Positions 1 to 12,000 of a DNA stretch of 64,000 nucleotides are shown in pieces. Made by a program: the position numbers and the translations under genes. Under the pieces are notes generated by a model. That model made no database searches, was not told the origin of the DNA, and saw only the letters and a list, made by a program, of their open reading frames with translations. The stretch comes from Octopus sinensis (taxonomy: Eukaryota), in NCBI RefSeq assembly GCF_006345805.1, contig NC_043007.1, forward strand, positions 67,146,001 through 67,210,000, in the 5' to 3' direction. Every line of letters begins with the position of its first letter. Position 1 is the stretch's first letter.

Positions 1-714
1 ACTATTTTATGTACATGTCTTTACAGCTGGAACAAAATCACTCAACATACTAGAATTAGTAGTCCTAAATTCCCTATAACCACATGCATAACACAGACAT
101 GCACACATGGATAGACAGAAAAACAGAGATGTAGAGAGAGAAAAAATTGGAAAAACTTGTATTTTGGTTTATTATTCACAAAAACAAAAATGCCTCTACA
201 TATGTCTGTATCTTTATAGCTAGAACATGATCAGTTGGCCTTCAAGAAATATCTAACACCCTGAATAATTGCCATGTCCCTTCCCATCATTGTATCTAGA
301 CATTCCCACTGACTCCAGAATTGAGGGAATATTTACTCTCATTAGGGCTCCAAAAATAAAATAAGTTTTAAAAACACACTTGACTACATAAATACATGTA
401 ATGCAGGAGAGGGATTGGGGTTACTTGATTGGATCTTATTTCATTGTCCCCAATTGGCAAAGTCAATCTTCAACAAGATTTGAATTCAGAACATTAAAAA
501 ATACTCTAAACCGTTTATTGACACTCTGCAGTTCTGCCATTCCTTTATATTATATTCTAACTTCATACATAACCTGATTTTATGGACATTTTACAATATC
601 TTTCTTGCCAAAATGACAGAAAATCTAACATTAAAATAACCTTCAATGAGTAAAGGTGCATTAATACAAGTCCACTAAATTAACAATACGTTCAAAGAAC
701 ATGCCAGTAGTATG

Positions 715-1035
715 AGGCGAGGGACAAGGCGGTGAAGCATGATCTTTGTATGTTGGGCTTCATGGAAGCGCTAACAAATGACTGACACCTCTGATGATAT
801 GATGTGCTTGAGAAGACTAGTCAAGCCAAGTGAAATCGTAATCATGGTCATTACCAGTGTTATATAAATGGTACCCATGAAATCATAGTCGTGGTTGTTG
901 CCAATGTTGTGTAAATGTAAAAAACCATGCCTAATCAGACTGGAACCTGGTGCAGCTCTCTGGCTTACCAGTTCCAATCAAACTGTTTAACCCATGCCAG
1001 TATGGAGAGTGGACGTTAAATGATGATGATGATGA
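715..1035 (+). mobile_element. RTE 3'-end fragment with (TGA)n tail; related pieces near 23170-23380, 40470-40625, 43520-44010, 46330-46650 and 52935-53160
   Basis: gtgaagcatgatctt...gagaagact...ccaagtga...tail is the reverse complement of the 3' part of the RTE at 53770-54120. Confidence 0.7.
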
Positions 1036-2854
1036 TTAATGTCATATTAGGATATTTACTACAATTACTACTGTTGTTAATAGGGTTGACATAAATCAGA
1101 GATTTGAAAGAGAGAAATGATTTGCATTTATCTTCTCATGTTTTTAAATTTAACTCCTGATTCAGCTTATCTCCCAAACTACTTCAATTAAAAGAAGTAG
1201 CAGAAATATCTAAAGTTAGGAGAGACCTATACTCAGTCCAATTACCATAACTGTTTTTGTTTTAAATCCATTATGCTTCAGTCATTACTACTAATTATTA
1301 ACAAATGCCAAGTGACAGCAAGGGTTATAACTATAGTGGTAGACAGTGTTAAGATCAAGTATAAGATACTATTGAGAAGTTAAGCGGAGATAGAGTGAAG
1401 AGGATAAAGCATTAGGATATTATGAACACAGAAACACAGATTGAGATATAAAAGTGTTATATATATTATGTATGTGCACACGTGTGTGCATAGTGGCATG
1501 AGAAAGAAGGCACATGCACAAATTTGAAAACAATTTCCAGTGGGCAGAAGAAGCAAGAGCTCTGTAAGTGAGTAATAATAATAAAAAAATTTTATAAAAA
1601 ATAAAATAAAACCAATAACCAACTGCTTTGTGTTAAAACTGAACAGGGGAAGGAGCATTATAGGGAGAAAAACCTAATATAGAAATATCAATTAATCAAT
1701 AGATAAAAAAAGGAGTTTTTTTTCTAAAATAAAAATAATTATAAAATAAATAATAACATATGTTTATGCTTATAGTTTAAAAATTCAACCATGATCCAAG
1801 TTCTATCTTCATATGTCCACAGAATCCATTCAAATTAATATCTGATAGATATCAGCATGAATATATAGCAAAGATGTACTGTTATAGTTTCCAGAATGTA
1901 AATATATACAATTATACATACACATCAAATTATACACACTTCTTTACATGTACAAATTGAACAGTTTGATGTTTTCATAGGTTAAAATCAAACACCCATA
2001 CCCATCTATACTAATCCAACAATTTTCTGGAATTTTCCCATAGTATTTTTAGTCACTTTAAGAAGTTCAAAATTGTTTCTATCTTAAATTAACGTTTACC
2101 AATTAATTATGTACTCTTGATTATATTCCCTAATTCCCATTTTTGGCATGCATATCTCCAACAGTGTTGCCATCACTTTCTAACCTTAACACATACACAG
2201 TTACCTTCCCTTACACAGGCTGCTCTGATCAGTGTTACCCACAAGAAAGATGCCAGAACCCCATTGCCAGGTCAAAACTGGCCAACTAGTCTTATTGTTA
2301 GTGTAAATTATTCCCTGCTCCTTCTATGTTACCTATGCATGACCTCAGCAAACACAAAAGTTTAGAAAATGTTCTTTTCATCCCCTCAAATGTTGATAGC
2401 CTATGCAATTACCTTCACATCTTTACATCTAATTCTCGCTGCTCAACACAAACCCAAGCATTAACTTGAGAAATCTAACAAATTGTTTGCTCACTTCTCT
2501 TAGCACTGTCTGGCCCATTGGGCCTTAGCAACTGGTCTCCAACAATGCACTGTAAAATTAGCAACCCTAACAGAGTATTCAATAATACTATGCGCACTGT
2601 ATAATAGTATTATACAGTGTGCATGAGTGCATTCATTTCATGCACATAGACATGTTTGTAACAGACATTGAGTGTGCATGTGAAAGAATATACATTTATA
2701 CCCGCATTTATATACATAATCATGTATACGTGCAGAAACAACCATCTAGAAATCTATATATGCAAATATGTCAGCAGTTGTTTAAATATTACACACAACA
2801 CACACATTAGAAAGCAATAGAAACTCTTGTCGACTAGATTCCAGTGGTTTTTAC

Positions 2855-2992
2855 CTTCACTCTTGAATTTGCCTCGATCAAATGGAGTGTCAGGGGTGCT
2901 TGAAGAAACAGAGGGGGCTCTGGGTAGCCCACTATCACTTGTGATACAAGCGCGGGATACATTCTGTTCTGAAGATTTAGATCTGGAAGGAC
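2855..2992 (-). CDS. RALGAPA1: RALGAPA exon, (G)[45 protein letters not shown]
   Basis: ttttttag acceptor, GAAG|GTAAAA donor, 138 nt, phase 1-1; Ser-rich low-conservation linker expected at this position. Confidence 0.75.
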
Positions 2993-3901
2993 CTAAAAAA
3001 AAATATTCAGTAAACATAATTAAATGAGTAACAAAGATTGTGATGCTAAACTTTACTTCTTCAATAATTAAGTGGATGATGAATAAAAAAAATTCATAAG
3101 ACAGTTAAATGCCTTCATGAAATGGCTTTTATAGTCATCTGCTAGCTTCACAAGTAAAGACTTACCAAAACCAGTCCTTGACATATTTATACTATTTGCC
3201 ATTACACCTGTAGTGACAGTCTTCTTTAATTATTTTTTCTACTACAAGGACAAGGTTTGAAATTTTGAAGGAGGGAGCTAGTCAATTGATTGGTGCTTAT
3301 TTTATCAACTCCTAAAGGATGAAAGGCAAAGACCAACTCAACAAAATTTGAATTCAGAACATAAAGAGCCAGAAAAAATGCTGTGAAGCATTTAGTCTGG
3401 CATGCAAATAATTCTGCTAGCTCACTGCCTAGGAGTCATCTTTAATCATACCATTAGACTGAACTTCTACTTGAATACCATCAAACATTTTTTTTAGTCA
3501 ATGACATTTTTCTCCATAAACTTTTGAATCACTCAAACTAGCCCCCATTACTTAATGATTTTAATTTTTGTTTTCTTATTTTCTTTTTGTTTTTTTTTTA
3601 TAGAACTATTACTGTCCCTTTTGAAGAGGTGATTACAATATGATTACAACTGGTCCATCTGTAAAGTCTGTGGAAGAAAAATATCATTTAATAATAACAA
3701 ACATAATTCAAGATGCCAAAAGTAAGAAAAAAATTAATAAAAAAAAGACATTTGATATGATAGAAACTGCATGATGTGTAACATTGTTTACCTCTGGGAT
3801 AAAATCAAATTAAGAGTTATATAACAAGGAAAATGAGGAAGAGGAAAAGAAAAGTTACTGGTTAATAATATTGATAATGTAACAATAATATAATTATGAA
3901 A

Positions 3902-3937
<36 letters not shown>

Positions 3938-3948
3938 TGATAATGATG

Positions 3949-3982
<34 letters not shown>

Positions 3983-6980
3983 TCCTTTCTATTATAGGCA
4001 CAGGGCCTGAAATTTGGGGGGAGGGGGTTAGTCGATTACATCGAACCCAGTTCTTGACCCAAAAGGCTGAAATTAGTAAAGGAATATACATTTAATCTTT
4101 CCACACTAGCCCTGTATCATGTATCCACTCACAAGGTATTTCTTTAACAATAACACATCTAGATGAATTCAAGTTTCACGAAAGGAATAAGTCACCTTCA
4201 CTTATTGTTAACCCCAAGTCAATCCTGATTGAACAGAGCTACGATTGAAAACATTCTGGTCATGCCCTTCCTCTCTGTTTTCTATCCAGAGTTTATTTTG
4301 CTTTTGCTTCGTTTGTTTTTTTACAATAAGGTGTGATTCATGGGAATTTGGCAACTATTTTTAATAGATTGTGCAACCTGACAGTAGCTCTCTTATTGGA
4401 TTGTAGTCATTACAACATTTGATGAATATAATATTTATTTTATAAATATATCTGAACTGGATGGCAAAGTCAATTTAGGTGACAAAATTTGAATGTCAGA
4501 AATAAAGGTGCAAATCCTGTAATAGGCTTTCAATTGTAGTGTGTTACCAAAAAGCTTATCAGATGTGTGTGTGTGTGTGTGTGTGTGTAGCCAATTGTAT
4601 GAGTATGTGGTTATTTGGTGGAGGTGGGGTGCAAAGCAATGTGCACCTGGTATGTGCCATAGCATAACTGAGTTCATAAACAAATGCAAGGTCTGTGACT
4701 TAGCTTTGATTTCTAAGCTACAAGCTACATACTGTTTAAACTGATTTGAGAAATACATTTTCAAACATGGATACACAACAGAATTTTAGGAAAGAAAAAA
4801 AAAATTTTATAAATAAAGTTTTTTAAAAGTTTGGGTTAGTAACAAGAAATTTCGTATACATATTCAAAGAATATTTCTCATAGACTCTTGCATTATTTCC
4901 CATATGCATATTCCATATTTTTTGCATATGGTATTCATAGAGACACATGCAACATAGCACTGTTGTAATATTCAGTGCACCCTGTCTTGTGACCCACAGC
5001 ATGCTATTGGTTAGTAGGAAAAGTTGCACTAAACAAAGCTGGTATAGATACCAAACACTACAAAGTTGAAACTTCAAACCTGGTTATCAAAGGAAAATAG
5101 AAGGGGGGAAAAAAGGGAGTGGGGAGAGATTATACATGAATCATTATTGGTGGAAGCCGGGAGTTTGAGGTAATAAAAAGGGATATAAAATTAGGAAGAT
5201 GGGGTGTGATGCAAGAGAATTATCAATGATTAGTAGCAAACAGACAGGGATCAGAAGAGATGGAATTAAGTAGTAAAAAGTTATATTAGAGAAAACCAAT
5301 TCGAGTTTACTTTTTTCCAGCACTTTACTGGTTCACACCTACTTTTCGTTAATATGACCAGGATGGGTTTTTTTTAATCAAATGTTGGAGGTAACATTTT
5401 CATTGATTGGTAACTGCTCCACCACTAACCAATCAATAGTGAAATAAGCACAAATAGATTTATTGGATTATCCAGTCCATTATTCAAACAGCAAACAAAC
5501 AAAAACAAATGAATGATAATGAAAATAAGGATAATGTGTAAGTAACTTTCACATGTTTAATGAGAGCTGTCGGCATTTGCCATTGGACCAGCCAAAATGC
5601 CATGACATTGAACCCACACAATAAACTTGATATGCATGCATACAACAGCCACAAAAAAACTAGACATCTTTTCAATAGCGTGTACAAACTCACCTACAAT
5701 CAGAAACCCCTTAGGTATTGTAATAGGTAACAGATGAAATGAGTGATGAAAGATGAGAAAAATAAGTTGAGACTTCCTTCATTAGAATTTTTTTAAAATA
5801 AAGAGTAAATATTTAAAATTATTCAAATATTTTAAAAGAGAATTAAGGAATCTAGCCAGCAAGAAAAGCATTTATTTAATACATAAAATATAGCAAAGAG
5901 TTTTATCAACCTGCCTGAGGCTTGATTTTATGGTACAAAACATTTTACTTTAAATAGTTTATATTTGAATCAAAGATTTTCATCATAAAATTATGTGAAA
6001 TAAAAATGTTATTACTCCAACACAAACATAAAAATGGCAAAATTAGTTATTTTGTTGAATCCCTCCAAATCCTTAATTAGCTGAACACGGTGGTGGGACG
6101 TTTCTTGAGAAATATAATCACAAAAGGGTTAAACTTGGAATTTTCTGCTTTGAGTGTTAAATGGAGTAGCTAAAATTCCTAACAGGCTTGATCACCAATC
6201 AGGCTAATCAGGTCACTCAGGCACTTGTTCACCTGTCTGGAGCTCCTCAGTTATTGTCTAATACCAGGATTTCCCTTCAGGCCAACTGAAAAAAGCCTTA
6301 ATCAATAAAAATTTTTTTAAGATTAGATTATAGACATTTGGTACTTCTACATATCTGTTTTGTTGAAAGACCCAACCAATTATAGTTGAGCTACAGCATA
6401 GAATGGTGAGCTTATAAACCCAAATACCACAGTAGATTTTAGGTATTTAATTTTAATTCTGGAGAAACAGAACATTTGAATTAACTTTTCAAGAATTGGA
6501 ACAAATCTGGAAATGTTTATCTCCTGCACATCTCAGATGAATGCAATATTACTAAAAAATATGTTATGGTTTCTGTTTAATCAAAAAAAACAACCAAGTA
6601 TTTATAGCACAAGCTCAAGTGACAAAGTCAGCCAGAAGACACCTCATAAACTTTCTTATATGCAGTAAAGTATTTGTTTCATGATGAGAAAAAAAAAGCC
6701 CACCATAAAAACTGAGCAGACAAGATAGACAGAGCTAGAGTGAGGACCATACAGAAAGAACAAACAGAACAATGACAACCAGATTGACCGGGCAAGGACA
6801 GCCCAGTCAGCAAAACAAATAAGACAATCACATCATCAGAGCAAGGAAAATGACTTGATAGACAGCAATATATAATACTGATGACAAGCAACCCGTAACT
6901 TATTTCAAATAATAGAAGGGATAATTAGTTGAAATTTCTGATGACTGCATATACACTGTATACACATTTATACAGTTGCG

Positions 6981-7036
<56 letters not shown>

Positions 7037-8069
7037 ACACACACACACACACACAAATGTAAACTGGTGTGTGGTCCTTCTCTCATTAACAAGTAATTAA
7101 AGTTAAATCCAAACCAAACACATACATTCCCTCCCTTCCTCCAAAACATATATCCCATATATATGCATCCTATATTACTGAAGAGGACCATTCGCATAAG
7201 AGGAGGAAGAGGAAGAACAGCAGCAACTGGTAATATTGTTTAGCCGAGCACAAGTCATGAGTCAATTTCTACTAGAGAGTTAGTCACTAATTTTACAAGT
7301 TTAGCACAGTCCTTGGGTTTGGTTCACAGGACTGGCTACAATCACAGGTTTACCTTCAGTAGTATTCGGAATGGGGTGGGTGGCTCTTTGAACTGGGGTT
7401 GTATTCAGATCATTCCACACACTGCAGGACATCAGTGGGTCTGAAATGGTTTATTACATACATGACATTTTTCACAGGCAGACAACACAAATAGGGTCAG
7501 ATGTCAAATCAGACTGAGGTGTGTCCCTCCAAAAGTGTCAAAAGAGAATGAAAAATGATAGGTCACAAACAACTGAGCAAAAGGAAATGTGTTACATGTG
7601 CATTTTTATGAGTGAGAAAGAGAGAGAGAGAGAGAGAGAGAAGGGCAGGTGACAGAGAAAGAGGAGAGAGAAGGAGAAGAGCAGAAGACAGAGAGAAAGG
7701 GCATGAGACAGAAAGAGAAGAGACAGAAAGAGAAGTAAGGGAATCAGTTGAAAAGGCTGAGGTATATCTAAATGTTCTCATTAACACTATTAAGACTGAT
7801 ACAACACATGAGTGTCTGAAATTCACCATTACAGTAGAGGGGAGAAAAAAAGAGCAATATTTATTTGAAAGGAAATAAGGAAATAACATACAAAAGAAGA
7901 CAAAGCTGCAATGTGTCAAGACATTTTTCTGTAAGGAGAGAATCAAAACTTCCCCCTTCGTTCCTTAGTCCCAATTCACAATTTAAACTAATAATTAAAA
8001 TATTAAATAACTTTAATTAGAAATAAATTGGGGAAGAGAAAGTGGGAAAGGAGAGAAAAGAAGAAAAAA

Positions 8070-8118
<49 letters not shown>

Positions 8119-8992
8119 CTGTGAGTGTGTGTGTGTTTTTCTTTCTTTTTCTTTTTGGCATGCGTGCAGAAAAACATTTAACAGAAATTTATCAGAAATT
8201 AGCATTTATTTGCTGATTTACAGTGTGAAATATGATTTGCCAACAGAGTGATGGCAATAGCCATATTTAAAGCAAGTGAATATTATCAAAGTAAATAAAT
8301 AAACAAAAAACAAAATCAAAGGAAAACAAAAGCATTAAAACTGTAAAGGGCCAAATGGAAGAAAAAAATAAAGTTAAAACAAGTAAATAAAAGCAAAATT
8401 AAGGATACATGAAAATAAAACAAAAACAAATATATGAAACTTAAGCAAAATTTTAAAATATTAAATTACTATCCCTTGCAGTGGAGGCACATGGCTTAGT
8501 GGTTAGGGTGTTGGACTCCTGATTGTAGTTACAATATGTGGACAGGACAATGTGCTGTGTTCTTAAGCAAAACACTTCACTTCACATCACTCCAGTCCAC
8601 CCAGCTGATAAAAATGAGTAATCCTACGAGAGACCAGCATCATATTCAACGAGGAATATATATATACATCCACATATATACTTCCAGTCACTTCGGCAAT
8701 GTAACTACACACATGCTGTTGGCAATTTCTTTTCCTTTTTTGGACTTTGCCCTTTCTCCTTTCTGATGAAAAACTATGCTCGAAATGTCAAACTCTCTCT
8801 TTTCACCAAGTGTCAAGCTAATACATTCCTTGTGCAAGTCCTCTTGTTATCTGTCAATTTTACTCATATATTTGAATTGACTATGTTAAGACACTAGGAT
8901 ATTTTCCTACTTTTCTTAACATGAAACCAATGGCAAACTTAACTCACAAATACCAATGTGGTGTTGAGCACTCATTTTCAATGTTCAACATT

Positions 8993-9040
<48 letters not shown>

Positions 9041-12000
9041 ATGCCAGAGAAACCAGGAGACCAGCCCTATGCTCCTTACAGAGTAATGTGGACTAGCCAT
9101 CCCTTACAATGTTCTATAGCATTTATAATCTTACTGTAAATCATATGTGCTAATTCTTCAACACCAGGTCAGCCTTGAATGAGCAAACCTATGGTCAAAG
9201 GTTTTCCAATATTGTCTACCCTGTCTTGTTTTCTGAAATTGTGTAACAAGACTACATTACTTAATGTGTTGTGCCTCTTTTTTTTTTCCAAGCTGGTAGC
9301 ATTATGACGTGAAGGAAAATTGGATGCTATTTCAACAGGTTAATAGACTACATAAAAGCATCCTAATAACTGGATCTAAAGTAGTTTGAGTTGCTTATAG
9401 CTCAGAGAAAGGGGTCTATCAAGAGATATATATGGTTTGATGCAATCAAGGAGAAATGAGAATTTGTTGCTATCATTTGAGCGTTAAGCCCCATGGAGGC
9501 AGTGACAAGTGACCAAGACCCTTGGCAATATATCGTGCTTGTGTTCACCTGTCAAGCCAAGTGATTACCATAGTCATGGTCAATGCGCATGTCAGACCAA
9601 TGGCACTTGTGCCGGTGGCATGTAAAATACACCCACAACACTCTCAGAGTGGCTGGCATTAGGAAGGACATACAGCTGTAGAAACTTTGCAAAATCAGAT
9701 TGGAACCTGGTGCAGCCCCCCGGCTTACCAGTTTTCAGTCAAACTGTCGTGCTTCACCACCTCATCCCAAGTCTTCTTGGGTCTACCTCTTCCACAGGTT
9801 CCCTCAACCGCTAGGGTGTGGCACAACAGCTTGTGAAATTAGAACTTACTAAATAATTAAAACATATCTTATAACTAAGACCACAACATCAAAATAAAAC
9901 TATGACAAATATGGTAATTTATTGAATACGGTTTGTACCAACTCATGTATAAAAAGTTAATCTCTTAAAACTTCAAGTTAATTGTGATTAAGGTAGTTTT
10001 GTGTTAACGGAAACTATGACATCAAATAAAATCTTGCAACACAATAATTTGGTAATGAAAGCATTACTGTATTGCAAAGAAAGCTATAAACTCTATAGCT
10101 AATAGAATATGGAAACATAGATGTCTGAAGTATTATGTGTACCCTATGCAAGTTACCAATTTGATCTATCATTATTTACCAGTACTTAAAATAATAGGTG
10201 AAGAGATTCAGGATTTGATTTATTTTTGGATTAGCTTTATATTAAATTAAAAAAAAAGAAAAAGGAAAACAAAAGAGAAAGAAATAAAAATAAAAGACAA
10301 AATTAAGAAATTTACCTTGAATCTTGCCCCGTCGCTTTTTCTCTTTCTGTTCAGTAAGTCTGTCCAAAGGTAAGTCATGCATATCAAGGTTATAAACCTG
10401 GCGTGCAAGCACGCGTGTTAGTGTGTTGATAGTTTTCTATTAAGGAAAACAGAATGAAAACAAAATACAATTACATAAAATACACATAATACAAGTTTGG
10501 CTGAAATACTATCACAGATTACTTTCTTTTTTTTTCTTTCTTTCTTTACACTTGCCAGCCTATTGGCTATTGTTTCCATATACTTAATTCCTTAAATCAC
10601 AGGCATCTCATAATCCAAAAAAAAGCCATCTAACTGTATAGTAAAATTCCCTTTCTGAAAACCTTCAGCTATCTCTGTCATGCTATATTCACTACCATTT
10701 TTGCTAAACTGCAGATAAATTTGTCTCTTCTTTACAACTGACCAGTTACCCATCATCCTCATATTAATCCAACAGATCTAAACATACATACAGCATCTAA
10801 TCCTAAACTGCATTTATCAGTATGAGCTGATACCAAAAAGTTCCCAGACTTGTTATATTTAATAAAAAAAATAACTTATTTACATCATCTCTTTCAAAAT
10901 AGTCACCTTGCGCAGCACTACACCAGACTCAGCATTCCTCCCACTTTTGGAATCCAGCCTTGAAGTTGTTTTCCATAAATGAGTTGAGGACCTTCTGCTT
11001 CGAAACATCGCTGATTGTCCTTCAAAAATCCTCAAGCACAAGCTGATGAATTTCCTCCACATTTCCAGAGGTGATGCTTGTGGCAAGTCTTCCAGATCAC
11101 TCATTGTCTTCTAAAGACATTCTTCCACTTTCGAAGCACCTGTGCCACTCAAAACATTGCATACAACTCATTGCCTCATCACCATAAGCTTGCCAAAGAA
11201 TGCTCAATGTCTCTATAACAGACTTCCAAAATTTAAGGAAAAATTTCACATTGGCTCTATGTTCCTGTCCATGACAAAATTGCAGACTACAGCATACACG
11301 TGATCACAAAAGCACAAATTTCATAACTTGCAAAGTAATCACAGCAATGTCACTTGGCACACTACTTGATGAAGGTCACTGCTAGCTCTCACTGCACACA
11401 CAACCAGGAGCTACCATCTGTTGGCGTGCTACAAAACTAGTCCAGAAACATTTTGATACCTCATGAGCATTACTATTCACAGGGTTAAATGATTCAATAT
11501 TTGTCATCTTCATGAAAAAGGTATAAACATTCCAACCTCCCTGCTTTGTTTTCGTTTTTTAATCAGAAGACATTGCCCATGCCCTATTACTGGAACTCCA
11601 AAACTAGTAGAAAAAAAAAGTAGTTATCCTCAAATGTCTACTTTTCCATGCATGGATTGGATGGGATTTACTGAGGTAAATTTTCTATGGCTGGATGCCT
11701 TTCCATTCACCAACATTCACCTGTTTCCTTGGGGATATTTTCCTCCATGACCAGGAATGTTTTCACAGAAGACTGGAAACAAGACAGTGACACTCGCTTA
11801 CAACTATCACATGTCATGTCAAAGAGACAGTCACAACATACACATGTATATATGATGGGCTTCTTTCAGTTTCCATCAACTAAATCCATTCATAAGGCTT
11901 TGGTTGGTTGGGACTATAGTAGAAGACACTTGCCCAAGGTGCCATGCAATGGGACTGAACCCAAAACGTGATTGGGAAGCAAATTCTTACCACAAAGCCA

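Noticed and set aside
2195-2280. Short open segments with GTAACA/GTAACT donors
   Set aside because: Weak acceptors and no homology; expected by chance.
2754-2854. Read-through of the 2855 donor gives [16 protein letters not shown]...YLHI*, with VDKSF matching a recalled vertebrate RALGAPA1 pentapeptide and a hydrophobic tail
   Set aside because: The match is five residues, out of register and from memory; the tail runs into CA/TG-repeat sequence; a good donor exists at 2854.
3606-3667. Strong acceptor (ttttcttccacag) with a possible GTAATA donor
   Set aside because: In the phase required by the host intron it hits TAA after about 11 codons; no other support.
3894-8251. ORFs with poly-I, CV, ER, SL or HT runs (also near 22033-22424, 36741-37146, 52565)
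   Set aside because: Translations of microsatellites, not genes.
10437-10447. Perfect U12-like branch motif TTCCTTAAT beside an acceptor
   Set aside because: It overlaps the AG itself, too close to serve as a branch site, and the intron donor is canonical U2 GTAAGT.
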